Shown in pieces: positions 43,849 to 54,221 of a DNA stretch of 64,000 nt. The notes below the pieces were generated by a model that saw only the letters and a program-made list of their open reading frames with translations, ran no database searches and was not told where the DNA came from. The DNA comes from Lentimicrobiaceae bacterium. Its GTDB lineage: Bacteria > Bacteroidota > Bacteroidia > Bacteroidales > UBA4417. The DNA is taken from contig JAQVEX010000001.1 in assembly GCA_028697555.1 (NCBI GenBank), forward strand, positions 4,585-68,584, written 5' to 3'. Every line of letters starts with the position of its first letter. The stretch's first letter is position 1. The position numbers were made by a program, and so were the translations under genes.

Positions 43849-44751
43849 TTATGCCATCAATGCTGCTAAAGCTATAGAGTAGGTTTTAGTAAGAGCGCTG
43901 TCGCCGCGTGATGTTAGTACACATGGGACTCTGGCACCTGCAACGTATGCAGCCAATTCTGCTCCAGCCAATTTAGTACCGGCTTTAAAGAATGCGTTAC
44001 CTGTTTCTATATTTGGGAAAAGTAGGCAGTCGGCTTGTCCGGCAACTTCGCCTTTTACTTTCTTTATAGCAACCGATTCGGGATCAATAGCTGTATCAAG
44101 AGCTAAAGGACCGTCAACAACGCAACCTCTAATTTGACCTCTATCGCTCATTTTAGCCAAAATAGCTCCTTCAACGCATGCAGGCATAGCAGCCAACATT
44201 TGTTCGGTGGCGGCAATTGCAGCTACTTTTGGAGTTTCAACGCCTAATGTTTTCGATACTCTTACTAAGTAATCTATTATTTTAATTTTTTGTTTCAAAT
44301 CGGGTAGTGGTATTACAGCAACATCACCTATGGTTAATAGTTTTGGATAGTTGGGATATTCCATAACCGTAACGTGCGACAAAATAGCTTTTTCGTCGAC
44401 GAGTCCTGTTACTTTATTTAGTATTGCACGCATGTATTTATCGGTACTTAATGAACCTTTCATGAGTACGTCGGCTTTGCCGTCGTTAATAACTTTAACA
44501 GCAAGTTCGGCAGCTTTTAATTCATTAGGTTCGTCAAGTATTTCAAACTTGCTTGCATCCATGTTGTGCTTTTTGCATATTTCTTCAATAGCACTTTTGC
44601 TACCTGTTAGTACAGCCGAAACCAATCCTAAATCAACAGCATTGTACGCTGCTTCAATTGTGTGTTCGTCATTAGCAAACGCAACCGATAAACGTTTTTG
44701 GGGTCTGCTTTTTACAACTTCAAAAATTTGTGATAACTTTGTGATTTGCAT
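43849..44751 (-). CDS. ptb: phosphate butyryltransferase
   Basis: 300 aa. Phosphate acyltransferase pattern (MKGSLSTD, ANIETGNAF-like PNIETGNAFFK) and adjacency to buk. Confidence 0.85.
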   Translation of the reverse strand: MQITKLSQIFEVVKSRPQKRLSVAFANDEHTIEAAYNAVDLGLVSAVLTGSKSAIEEICKKHNMDASKFEILDEPNELKAAELAVKVINDGKADVLMKGSLSTDKYMRAILNKVTGLVDEKAILSHVTVMEYPNYPKLLTIGDVAVIPLPDLKQKIKIIDYLVRVSKTLGVETPKVAAIAATEQMLAAMPACVEGAILAKMSDRGQIRGCVVDGPLALDTAIDPESVAIKKVKGEVAGQADCLLFPNIETGNAFFKAGTKLAGAELAAYVAGARVPCVLTSRGDSALTKTYSIALAALMA

Positions 44752-44900
44752 AAAAATTATGGTATTTAAAGAAATTTATTTATAAATAAGTATTTTTTGC
44801 AAAAATACAAGTTTAAAATTATTAAACAATAAACCGCATTTAAAAACATTTCTTTTTTTATAAATTGTAGATGATATTGTTTAAAAAAAACTAAAATATA

Positions 44901-44930
44901 ATTGATATTACTGAAAAATGTGTAATTTTG
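44901..44930 (+). promoter_or_regulatory. candidate promoter for pgk
   Basis: ATTG (44901-44904), 18-nt spacer, -7 box TAATTTTG (44923-44930). ATG at 44952. Confidence 0.4.
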
Positions 44931-44951
44931 TAGAAATACAAATATATTAAT

Positions 44952-46208
44952 ATGCAAAATATAGATTCTTATAATTTTACCAACAAAAGAGCACTTATTC
45001 GTGTCGATTTCAACGTTCCCTTAGATGAAAATCAGAAAATAACAGATACCACTCGTATTGATGCAGCTTTACCAACAATTAAGAAGGTATTGGGCTCAGG
45101 TGGTTCGGTTGTGTTATGCTCGCATTTGGGTCGTCCCAAATCCAAAGACAATGATAAACTTTCGTTAAAGCATTTGTTGCCTTATTTGGATAAGGTGTTG
45201 GGCTTAACCGTTAAGTTTGCTCCCGATTGCATGGGGCAAGAAGCAGTTGAGCTTAGCAAAAACCTTAAAAGTGGAGAAGTGCTTTTATTGGAAAACCTAC
45301 GTTTTTATGAGGAAGAAGAAGGAAAGAGTCGTATTTCCGATACCGCTTCCGACGAAGAAAAGCTTGCTGCTAAAAACAAAGTAAAAGAGTCGCAAAAAGA
45401 GTTTACCAAAAAGTTAGCTTCTTACGCCGACTGCTACATCAACGATGCTTTTGGTACTGCTCACCGTGCACATGCTTCAACGGCTTTGGTTGCCAAGTTT
45501 TTCCCCAACGATAAAATGTTTGGAAAACTCATGGAAAAAGAGGTTGTTAATATTGATAAAGTATTGAACAGCGCACAAAGTCCGTTTACAGCTTTATTAG
45601 GTGGTTCTAAGGTTTCGTCTAAAATAGAAGTAATTGAAAATCTGCTTCCAAAAATCGATAATTTGATAATCGGAGGAGGAATGATTTTTACTTTCATTAA
45701 AGCTTTAGGCGGAAATGTTGGAAAATCTCTTGTTGAAGACGATTTTATCGACACGGCTAAAGACATCCTGAACAAGGCTAAGCAAAGAGGAGTTAATGTT
45801 TATATTCCGGAAGATGTTGTTGTTGCCGATAATTTTGCAAACGATGCCAATAAAAAAACTGAAAGTTCAATGCAAATATCTGCCGACTATATGGGTTTAG
45901 ATATTGGAGCTGTCAGTATAGGCAAAATCAGAGATATTTTATTGAGTTCAAAAACAATATTGTGGAACGGACCTATGGGCGTTTTTGAATTTCCAAACTT
46001 CCAGAAAGGGACATTAGACACAGCTACGGCAATAGCCGATGCAACCGATAAGGGAGTTTTCTCACTTGTTGGCGGTGGCGACTCGGTTGCTGCTATAAAC
46101 CAATTTAATTTGGCAAACCGCGTAAGCTATGTATCAACAGGTGGAGGAGCAATGTTAGAAGCTATTGAAGGAAAAGAATTGCCCGGAATAAAAGCAATAA
46201 AAGAATAA
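44952..46208 (+). CDS. pgk: phosphoglycerate kinase
   Basis: 418 aa. [20 protein letters not shown]..., STGGGA motifs. Confidence 0.95.
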   Translation: MQNIDSYNFTNKRALIRVDFNVPLDENQKITDTTRIDAALPTIKKVLGSGGSVVLCSHLGRPKSKDNDKLSLKHLLPYLDKVLGLTVKFAPDCMGQEAVELSKNLKSGEVLLLENLRFYEEEEGKSRISDTASDEEKLAAKNKVKESQKEFTKKLASYADCYINDAFGTAHRAHASTALVAKFFPNDKMFGKLMEKEVVNIDKVLNSAQSPFTALLGGSKVSSKIEVIENLLPKIDNLIIGGGMIFTFIKALGGNVGKSLVEDDFIDTAKDILNKAKQRGVNVYIPEDVVVADNFANDANKKTESSMQISADYMGLDIGAVSIGKIRDILLSSKTILWNGPMGVFEFPNFQKGTLDTATAIADATDKGVFSLVGGGDSVAAINQFNLANRVSYVSTGGGAMLEAIEGKELPGIKAIKE

Positions 46209-46331
46209 TAAGTAATAACACAAGCAAATGCTTTAAACATATAATTTGCACAAATAAATCATTGTTATGACGAATTGATTTTTTAACTTTGTGCAAATTA
46301 TATTTTAAAATACAGACATAAAATATATAAG

Positions 46332-47141
46332 ATGGAGAAGTTAAGAGTTCTATTTGTAACCCAAGAGATAACACCTTTTATGAAGGAAAGCCACATGGGC
46401 AAAATTTGCAGGTTTTTACCTCAAGGAATACAAGAAAGAAATCGAGAGATAAGAACATTTATGCCAAGGTATGGCATTGTTAACGAAAGACGAAACCAAC
46501 TTCACGAAGTTATTAGGCTTTCGGGAATGAACATAATAATAAACGATAGCGACCATTCTCTGATAATAAAAGTAGCTTCCATACAGCAAGCACGACTTCA
46601 AATTTATTTTATCGATAACGAAGACTACTTTGAGAGAAAAGCTGTTTTTAGAGATAAAACCAATCAGTTTTTTGACGATAACGACGAAAGAACAATGTTT
46701 TACGTTAGAGGAGTTATTGAAACCGTTAAAAGATTGGGTTGGGGTCCTAATATTATTCATACTCACGGTTGGATTTCGGCGCTAACGCCATTGTACGTTA
46801 AATCTATTTATAAAGATAATCCGCTGTTTTCCGAATCTAAGGTTATTACTTCCATATACAAAGACGAATTTTCTGAGAGTTTTTCAAAAGATTTTTATAC
46901 CAAATTGAGAAACGACAAAATTCCGGCTAAATTCATACAGAAACTAAAAACTCCAAACTACGTTAATTTGATGAAATCAGCTATAGACCTGTCTGACGGT
47001 ATTATTATAGGAAGTAAAAAAATTAATAAAGAGATAGAAAATTATTTGCAAGATGTAGACATTCCTATATTGCCTGTGCAATCGAGTGAAGACTATATTG
47101 AAGCATACGACGAATTTTACGAGACAATTTTGTCGAAATAA
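46332..47141 (+). CDS. short glycogen/starch synthase-like protein (N-domain only, Bacteroidota type)
   Basis: 269 aa. LFVTQEITPF, MPRYG, HTHGWISAL motifs of the GT5 N-terminal domain. Confidence 0.7.
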   Translation: MEKLRVLFVTQEITPFMKESHMGKICRFLPQGIQERNREIRTFMPRYGIVNERRNQLHEVIRLSGMNIIINDSDHSLIIKVASIQQARLQIYFIDNEDYFERKAVFRDKTNQFFDDNDERTMFYVRGVIETVKRLGWGPNIIHTHGWISALTPLYVKSIYKDNPLFSESKVITSIYKDEFSESFSKDFYTKLRNDKIPAKFIQKLKTPNYVNLMKSAIDLSDGIIIGSKKINKEIENYLQDVDIPILPVQSSEDYIEAYDEFYETILSK

Positions 47142-47185
47142 TAAAATAATTAAGCAACAAAAATGTTATACTTACAAAATTAAAT

Positions 47186-48478
47186 ATGCTTAAAAAACAT
47201 TTTCTAAAAACTTTCATCGGGCTTGTACTTGTTGCTGCTTTTTTAAATTCTTGTAAGACCGATGACTCATCTATAGGTATAGAACTTTTATCAACCGATG
47301 ACCTTTTAAAAACAGGCTACGTAGATACCATAACAATAGAAGGGTACACAGTTTACGACGATTCATTAAACACTTTAGGTTGCACATATGCACTGATAGG
47401 AAGTCTTAATGATCCCGTTTTCGGACAAACACAAGCCAACTTTTACACACAAATACGACCATCAACAGCAAAAGTTAATTTCGGAACATCGCCTGTTGCC
47501 GATTCAGCATTTCTATACTTGCCTTACCGAAAAGTGTCCTATGGCGATAGCGTTTCAAACTTGAAATATAAAGTTTATATGCTAAGCGAAGGCTTTCCCG
47601 ATTCGGTTAGTATGTATTCACACCATACTCTTGACTATTCCGACGATGATTTGATTGGCGAAACGGTTTTCAGACCCGATTATTCGGGAAGCAATCCGCA
47701 CCTTAAAATACCATTAAATCAAAAATTTACCGAAAAACTTTTTAGTGCCGATACGTCAGTCATGAGTGACGTTGATAAGTTCTTGAATTTTTTTAAAGGT
47801 ATAGTTATAATTGCAGAGCCACAGACATATCAAAATTCAGGCTCCATTGTTGGGTTTAACGCTCCCAGCGATTTATGTAAAATAACCATATTTTATCAAG
47901 CACAAGGCGACACATTACAAAAACAATACAACTTCTTGATAAACACTTTTTGTAAGAGATTTCAGCATTATTCGCACGATTATTCAACAGCAGTACCGCA
48001 ACTTAAAAATCAGTTGGACGGAGATTTAAGCTTGGGTAACGAATTTGTTTTCTTACAAGCAATGAGCGGAGTTAAAACAAAAATCAGGTTTCCACACATT
48101 AAAAACTTAAAAAAAGATGAGATTATTGCTATAAACGATGCTCAGTTGATAATAAAAAGTGCTTCAAATTCGGATGTTTTTCAGAAACCCTCCAAATTGA
48201 GTTTGCGTTTGGCAGGCGCTAGCGGAACAACAAGTCCTATGGCTCTCCCCGACGAAGCTACTGGTTATTTTGATGGAACTTATGATGATAAAACTCAAAC
48301 CTACAGATTTAGAATCTCGCGGTACGTTCAGCAAATTATCAATGATGATATAGATGGCAGAAACGGTTTGTTTTTGTTGATACCGGCAAGTAACACCGGT
48401 ACCAGATTGGTGCTACATGGTTTTCAATCGCCGGAAGCTCAAATTAAGTTATATATAAAGTATTCAATAATTAAATAG
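47186..48478 (+). CDS. DUF4270-family lipoprotein
   Basis: 430 aa. Lipobox FLNSC. Sits after the short glycogen-synthase gene, as I recall for DUF4270 in Bacteroidota. Confidence 0.5.
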   Translation: MLKKHFLKTFIGLVLVAAFLNSCKTDDSSIGIELLSTDDLLKTGYVDTITIEGYTVYDDSLNTLGCTYALIGSLNDPVFGQTQANFYTQIRPSTAKVNFGTSPVADSAFLYLPYRKVSYGDSVSNLKYKVYMLSEGFPDSVSMYSHHTLDYSDDDLIGETVFRPDYSGSNPHLKIPLNQKFTEKLFSADTSVMSDVDKFLNFFKGIVIIAEPQTYQNSGSIVGFNAPSDLCKITIFYQAQGDTLQKQYNFLINTFCKRFQHYSHDYSTAVPQLKNQLDGDLSLGNEFVFLQAMSGVKTKIRFPHIKNLKKDEIIAINDAQLIIKSASNSDVFQKPSKLSLRLAGASGTTSPMALPDEATGYFDGTYDDKTQTYRFRISRYVQQIINDDIDGRNGLFLLIPASNTGTRLVLHGFQSPEAQIKLYIKYSIIK

Positions 48479-48487
48479 TAATGCATA

Positions 48488-50326
48488 ATGTGTGGAATAG
48501 TTGCTTATTTAGGAAATAGAAATACGGTTGACGTTCTTATTTCGGGATTAAAACGCTTGGAATATAGGGGCTACGACAGCGCCGGAATAGCTGTTCTTGA
48601 CAAAGAAATAAAAACCTACAAAACTAAGGGTAAAGTAGCTGATTTAGAAGGGCTTATTAAAGACAAAAACCTGTCGGGTAAAATTGGTATGGCTCATACT
48701 CGTTGGGCTACTCACGGAGAACCTAACGATATTAATGCGCACCCACACTATTCGGAGTCGCAGAAAATAGCAATTATTCATAACGGAATTATTGAAAATT
48801 ATCAGGTATTAAAAAAGGAATTAATTAATCGCGGTTATACATTCAAAAGCGACACTGATTCGGAGGTGATAGCCCATCTTATTGAAGATATAATGGATAA
48901 GGAAAACTTATCGCTTACCGAAGCTGTTAGTGTTGCTCTTAAAGGATTGGTAGGAGCGTACGCACTTGTGATATTGAGTGAAGAGAACCCCGATATGATA
49001 ATAGCAAGTCGTAAAGGAAGCCCCATGGTTGTTGGTATTGGAGAAGATGAGTATTTTATAGCTTCCGATGCATCACCTTTGGTTTCTTATACCCGTGAGG
49101 TGTTTTATCCCGAAGAAGGAGATGTTGTTACGGTTTCGCTTTCGGATGGACTTAAAGTTAGAACTCTAGATAATAAAGAACAAATTCCATATATAGAGCA
49201 TTTAGAGCTTAGTTTAAGCGAAATAGAAAAAGGTGGCTATCCCCATTTTATGCTTAAAGAAATATTTGAGCAACCCAATACGGTTAAAGATAGCATGCGT
49301 GGAAGATTAATTATTGACCACGGAAAAGTTATTTTGGGAGGTATGAGAGAGTATCTTAACAAAATGATAAATGCTAGACGTATAATCATTTTGGGCTGCG
49401 GAACATCGTGGCATGCAGGCATAGTTGGAGAATATTTGATAGAAAAATTGGTTCGTATTCCGGTTGAGGTTGAATACGCTTCGGAGTTTCGTTACAGAGA
49501 CCCCATTATTTATCCAGATGATATTGTTATTGCAATATCGCAATCGGGCGAGACTGCCGATACTATTGCTGCTATTAAGATAGCTAAATCGAGAGGTGCT
49601 ACCATTTTGGGAATATGTAATGTTGTAGGTTCAACCATTGCACGCTTAACCGATGCTGGCTCATACACTCACGCAGGTGTTGAAATAGGTGTGGCTTCAA
49701 CCAAAGCTTTTACAGCACAAGTAACAGTGCTTACTTTACTTGCTTTGATGCTAGCCAAGGAAAAGGGCGAAATTACACAAGCTGATTTTAATAAGTTGGT
49801 ATATGAGTTTGACGATATTCCCGAAAAAATTAAAAAGACTTTAGAATTGAACAATAAAATCCTTGAAATTGCAGAAAAGATAAAAAACTCGACTAATGCA
49901 TTATATTTAGGACGAGGTGTTAATTATCCTATTGCTCTTGAAGGAGCATTAAAACTTAAGGAAATATCTTATATACATGCCGAAGGTTATCCTGCTGCTG
50001 AAATGAAACACGGTCCTATAGCTCTTATCGACGAGGATATGCCTGTTATAGTTATAGCTACCAAAAAAGGGCAATACGATAAAGTTGTAAGCAATATTCA
50101 GGAAGTTAAAGCACGCAAGGGTGTAGTGATAGCTGTAGTTACAGAAGGCGATGTTGATGTTAAAAACATAGCCGATTATGTAATTGAAATTCCCGAAACC
50201 GACGAAATTTTTGTACCCTTAACAGCTACCATTCCGCTACAATTATTGTCGTATCATGCAGCAGTACTCCGTGGTTGTAACGTTGACCAACCAAGAAATT
50301 TGGCAAAATCGGTAACGGTGGAGTAG
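48488..50326 (+). CDS. glmS: glutamine--fructose-6-phosphate aminotransferase
   Basis: 612 aa. MCGIVAY N-terminal nucleophile, two SIS domains, C-terminal NLAKSVTVE. Confidence 0.95.
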   Translation: MCGIVAYLGNRNTVDVLISGLKRLEYRGYDSAGIAVLDKEIKTYKTKGKVADLEGLIKDKNLSGKIGMAHTRWATHGEPNDINAHPHYSESQKIAIIHNGIIENYQVLKKELINRGYTFKSDTDSEVIAHLIEDIMDKENLSLTEAVSVALKGLVGAYALVILSEENPDMIIASRKGSPMVVGIGEDEYFIASDASPLVSYTREVFYPEEGDVVTVSLSDGLKVRTLDNKEQIPYIEHLELSLSEIEKGGYPHFMLKEIFEQPNTVKDSMRGRLIIDHGKVILGGMREYLNKMINARRIIILGCGTSWHAGIVGEYLIEKLVRIPVEVEYASEFRYRDPIIYPDDIVIAISQSGETADTIAAIKIAKSRGATILGICNVVGSTIARLTDAGSYTHAGVEIGVASTKAFTAQVTVLTLLALMLAKEKGEITQADFNKLVYEFDDIPEKIKKTLELNNKILEIAEKIKNSTNALYLGRGVNYPIALEGALKLKEISYIHAEGYPAAEMKHGPIALIDEDMPVIVIATKKGQYDKVVSNIQEVKARKGVVIAVVTEGDVDVKNIADYVIEIPETDEIFVPLTATIPLQLLSYHAAVLRGCNVDQPRNLAKSVTVE

Positions 50327-50473
50327 GTTTACGGGTTGCGTGTTGCGAGTTGCGGGCAATAAACAATTAACAATTAGTAATTATCAATTATCCCCAAAAC
50401 TTCGGGGTTCATTGCACATTGCTAATTGCTAAAACCACCCATCACCCATCACTCATCACCGATCACTCATAAC
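50327..50473. repeat. heptamer array, 21 units, spanning from the glmS stop to the stop of the convergent gene
   Basis: GTTTACG GGTTGCG TGTTGCG AGTTGCG GGCAATA AACAATT AACAATT AGTAATT ATCAATT ATCCCCA AAACTTC GGGGTTC ATTGCAC ATTGCTA ATTGCTA AAACCAC CCATCAC CCATCAC TCATCAC CGATCAC TCATAAC. Confidence 0.9.
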
Positions 50474-51645
50474 TACATTATCTTTTGTTGCGCTTTCAGC
50501 CAGCGGTCGGGGATATTTCCGTTTAAAACCTGTTCGTAATCATCTTCGGTACACGGAATAATGTAATGTTTGTGGTGTTTAGGATTAACGGATTCTGTGC
50601 TTTTTACTTCCATCCACCAACGATTAGTTTTGTTACTTTTATAAAATGTAAGGTGCTCTCTGGCTTCGGAGAACTGAGCTTCGTATCTTGTAAAATCGTT
50701 AGAATTTGTGTTAGGAAACTCTTTAACTTTTTTATAGTATCCGTCAATAAAGTACCAAACCATTTGAGCCAAAAGGTGTGCAGTTTGCCCGTTGTTATCA
50801 TATTTTGGGTTCAATTCAAAAAAACCTATGCACGATATGTCTGTTCCTAATCCGGCATAGCGACATATTTGACAAGCATCATCGCCGTAAAAGCCGTTGG
50901 GTGATGCATTTTTGTTGCCGGGAGCTTCGCTTTGCCTTATGCTCGACATATCGAAGGAAACAAAATCTACGTTGCGTAGCAAGGTCTCTATAATTTTAAT
51001 GTTATTATTGAAGTATCCCAATCGGTATATGTCGAAATAAAGATTATCCATAAGCTCTATTGCTTCTTGTTCGACCAAACATGTTTGATATCCGATATTG
51101 GTGTAGTTGAAAAGAATATTAGGCTTATTTAAAACAATATGGCTCAGAAAATTGTTAGAATTCAGATTTATGTTGGCATCGCCCAAATCGAATTTATTGT
51201 CGATTGTTGCTATGTTTATCAGAGAGTTTAGTTTTACGTAGGCTTTATATATAGCGAAAGACAAATCTTGCGAGCCACCTACTATTATTGGAGTTATGTT
51301 TTTACTAAAAAGTTCTTCAACAACATTAGTAAGCGCAAAGTATGTATCGTTAATATCGGCTCCTTGTTTGATATTGCCAATATCGGCAATTTTGATATTT
51401 GAAGAATGGGAATACAGTTCGTAGAAGTATTTTCTGAAGAAAGTACTTGCTTCTGCACAGCCTAAGTTGTTAGAATTTCTGTCTTCTTCTACGCCTAATA
51501 TTACAATATCAACATCATTTATATTCGGAAATATTTTGCCCGTAACGTATTTAGGAATAACAGTTCCGAGTTTATCGCTAACTTTATCGTCTTCCCACAC
51601 TGAGAAATCGGCATTAAGCGGAGTTAAAAAATCTATATTATCCAT
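50473..51645 (-). CDS. arginase/formimidoylglutamase-family protein
   Basis: 390 aa. Ureohydrolase-like GGSQDLS and SFDMSSIR motifs. Its location next to topA is common in Bacteroidota, as I recall. Confidence 0.65.
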   Translation of the reverse strand: MDNIDFLTPLNADFSVWEDDKVSDKLGTVIPKYVTGKIFPNINDVDIVILGVEEDRNSNNLGCAEASTFFRKYFYELYSHSSNIKIADIGNIKQGADINDTYFALTNVVEELFSKNITPIIVGGSQDLSFAIYKAYVKLNSLINIATIDNKFDLGDANINLNSNNFLSHIVLNKPNILFNYTNIGYQTCLVEQEAIELMDNLYFDIYRLGYFNNNIKIIETLLRNVDFVSFDMSSIRQSEAPGNKNASPNGFYGDDACQICRYAGLGTDISCIGFFELNPKYDNNGQTAHLLAQMVWYFIDGYYKKVKEFPNTNSNDFTRYEAQFSEAREHLTFYKSNKTNRWWMEVKSTESVNPKHHKHYIIPCTEDDYEQVLNGNIPDRWLKAQQKIM

Positions 51646-51656
51646 TTTATGAGTTT

Positions 51657-54008
51657 TTACTTTTTAGCAGATTTCTTTTTGGTGGTTTTAGTAGTACTTC
51701 TGGCTGCTCTACCTTTTTTGGGCGATTTTGCATCTTTTTCAATCAAATCTAAGCAGTCTTGCAGAGTTAAAGTAGCAGGGTCGGTTGTTTTAGGAATTTT
51801 GATATTACTTTTTTGATAAGAAATGTACGGACCGTATCTACCGTTAAGAACCTTTATATCCGGATTTTCTTCAAATTCTTTAATCGTTTTTTTAGCGTTT
51901 TTCTCTCTACCTTCTTGTATTATTTCGATAGCTCTATCAACTTCAATACTGTTAGGATTGTCGGGTTGTTTTATCGAATAAAAAAGTGACTTATGTTGTA
52001 TGTACGGACCAAATCTACCTATACCTATTTTAATGTCGGCATCTTCGAATTTTCCAATAATTTTGGGAAACTCCAATAGTTTTAAAGCTTCTTCTAATGT
52101 GATATTTTCTAATGTTTGTCCTTTTTTCAGTCCGGCAAATTTTGGTTTTTCTTCCGATTCTGTTTCGCCAAGCTGCGCAATTAAGCCGTATCTGCCAAGT
52201 TTGACGTACACATTTAAGCCGGTTTTAGGGTCAGTGCCAAGTAATCTTTCGCCTTTTTCTTTTTCGGCTTCATCCATAGTTTTAACTACGTGTTTGTGAA
52301 ATGGTTTATAGAAATTTTTTATCATTTCGTTCCATTTCTTCTGACCCTGAGCAATTTTGTCAAATTCAACTTCAACGTCGGCTGTAAAATTGTAGTTCAT
52401 AATATTTTCGAAATGTTTCATCAAAAACTTAGTAACTAGTTCGCCTGTGTCGGTGGGAAACAACTTGCCGTTCTCTTTACCGCTGATTTCTTGTTTTACG
52501 CTTTCGGTAATTTTTTTGTTTTTCAGCGTAAGCGTAACAAAATCTCTTTTAATACCTTCGATATTATCTTTTACGACGTATTCGCGTTTTTGTATTGTAG
52601 AAATAGTGGGAGCATACGTTGATGGTCGTCCTATACCAAGCTCTTCCAATTTTTTCACCAAACTTGCTTCGGTATATCTGTACGGAGGATTTGAAAACTT
52701 TTGTGTTGCACTTATTGAGTTGGCTACAAGCACGTTGCCTTTTTCAACTTTTGGAAGTATGCCCTCGATGTTTTCTTCTTCATCGTCTGTTGATTCTAAA
52801 TAAACTTTCAAAAATCCGTCGAAAGTAACAATCTGACCTTTGCTCACAAACTCATATTGCTGATTTGAAATATCGATATAAATAGTTGTAGTTTCTATGC
52901 TTGCATCTTGCATCTGCGAAGCAATAGTCCTTTTCCAAATAAGGTTATATAATTTTTGTTTGGCGCTATCGCCTTCTACGGTGTGAGCATCAATAAATGT
53001 AGGTCTGATGGCTTCGTGAGCTTCTTGTGCACCTTTAGTTTTTGTTGTATATTTTCGGGCTTTATGGTATTCTTCGCCGTAAAGTTTATAAATTTCTTGT
53101 TTGGCAGTGTTAATCGCTAATCCCGAAAGGTTTACCGAGTCGGTACGCATATAAGTAATTTTCCCACTTTCATATAGTTGCTGAGCCACCGACATGGTTC
53201 GCGAAACGCTAAAACCTAATTTTCGAGACGCTTCTTGTTGCAATGTTGAAGTAGTAAAAGGCGGAGCCGGAGAGCGTTTTGAGGGCTTTTTAACAATATC
53301 CTTTATAACAAAATCGGCATCTTTGCATTTTTCCAAAAATTCGAGGGCTTCTTCTTTGGTTTTAAATTTATGGTTAAGCTCGGCTTTAAGCTCAGCTTTA
53401 CCGTATTTGTTGTCAACAGTAAAGTTGGCAACAACTCTGTATGAGTATGTTGATTTAAAATTTTTTATTTCTTCTTCTTTTTCAACAATTAGCCGTACAG
53501 CAACGCTTTGAACTCTACCAGCTGATAAGGCAGGTTTTACTTTTCTCCATAATATGGGAGAAATTTCAAAACCTACTATTCTATCTAAAACTCGTCGGGC
53601 TTGCTGAGCATTAACCAAATTTATGTCTATACTTCTGGGCTGCTTAATCGCTTCTTGAATAGCAGTTTTGGTTATTTCGTTAAAAACTATTCTATTGACA
53701 TTACCTTTCAAGTTTAAAACTTCGGCTAAATGCCACGAAATAGCTTCTCCCTCGCGGTCTTCATCAGTTGCTAGCCAAACAGTTTCTGCTTCTTTACTCG
53801 ATTTACTTAAATCGGAAATAATTTTCTTTTTGTCGGCTAATATTTCGTAGTTAGGTGTAAAGTCGCCTTCAACATCTATTCCCAAATCTTTTGTCGATAA
53901 ATCTCTAATGTGTCCATAGCTTGATTTTACGGTAAAGTCTTTGCCTAAAAACTTCTCAATAGTTTTTGCTTTTGCGGGCGACTCAACGATGACAAGGTTT
54001 TTACTCAT
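51657..54008 (-). CDS. topA: DNA topoisomerase I
   Basis: 783 aa. LVIVESPAKAKTI Toprim start, ATDEDREGE, YITYMRTDS active-site Tyr region, Lys-rich tail. Confidence 0.95.
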   Translation of the reverse strand: MSKNLVIVESPAKAKTIEKFLGKDFTVKSSYGHIRDLSTKDLGIDVEGDFTPNYEILADKKKIISDLSKSSKEAETVWLATDEDREGEAISWHLAEVLNLKGNVNRIVFNEITKTAIQEAIKQPRSIDINLVNAQQARRVLDRIVGFEISPILWRKVKPALSAGRVQSVAVRLIVEKEEEIKNFKSTYSYRVVANFTVDNKYGKAELKAELNHKFKTKEEALEFLEKCKDADFVIKDIVKKPSKRSPAPPFTTSTLQQEASRKLGFSVSRTMSVAQQLYESGKITYMRTDSVNLSGLAINTAKQEIYKLYGEEYHKARKYTTKTKGAQEAHEAIRPTFIDAHTVEGDSAKQKLYNLIWKRTIASQMQDASIETTTIYIDISNQQYEFVSKGQIVTFDGFLKVYLESTDDEEENIEGILPKVEKGNVLVANSISATQKFSNPPYRYTEASLVKKLEELGIGRPSTYAPTISTIQKREYVVKDNIEGIKRDFVTLTLKNKKITESVKQEISGKENGKLFPTDTGELVTKFLMKHFENIMNYNFTADVEVEFDKIAQGQKKWNEMIKNFYKPFHKHVVKTMDEAEKEKGERLLGTDPKTGLNVYVKLGRYGLIAQLGETESEEKPKFAGLKKGQTLENITLEEALKLLEFPKIIGKFEDADIKIGIGRFGPYIQHKSLFYSIKQPDNPNSIEVDRAIEIIQEGREKNAKKTIKEFEENPDIKVLNGRYGPYISYQKSNIKIPKTTDPATLTLQDCLDLIEKDAKSPKKGRAARSTTKTTKKKSAKK

Positions 54009-54221
54009 AATCTGATAAAATTGTATTAGTTGTTAGTAAGCAATTGTGGTGCAAAGTAAAACATAAATTTGTAAACGCTTGTTAAATTTTATGATAAAAA
54101 CTAAAATTATCAATAAGGTATATCAGTAATTTTATGTTGCAAAGTTAGATATTAGTAATGTATACGTATAATTAATAAATTATTACTTTTGTCGTGTAAA
54201 CGAATAATTATTTTTACATAG

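Noticed and set aside
48479-48487. glmS ribozyme upstream of glmS
   Set aside because: Only 9 nt separate glmS from the preceding gene, leaving no room for the roughly 170-nt ribozyme, which is also not expected in this lineage.
1265-50473. Idea that the arrays exist to place stop codons in all frames for read-through protection
   Set aside because: It holds for some families on one strand (GGTGATG, AGCTAAC, CGTAACC), but the strand facing the relevant gene often lacks stops. For example, CATCACC faces the PrsW-like/lipA strand. I kept it only as a side observation on gene ends.
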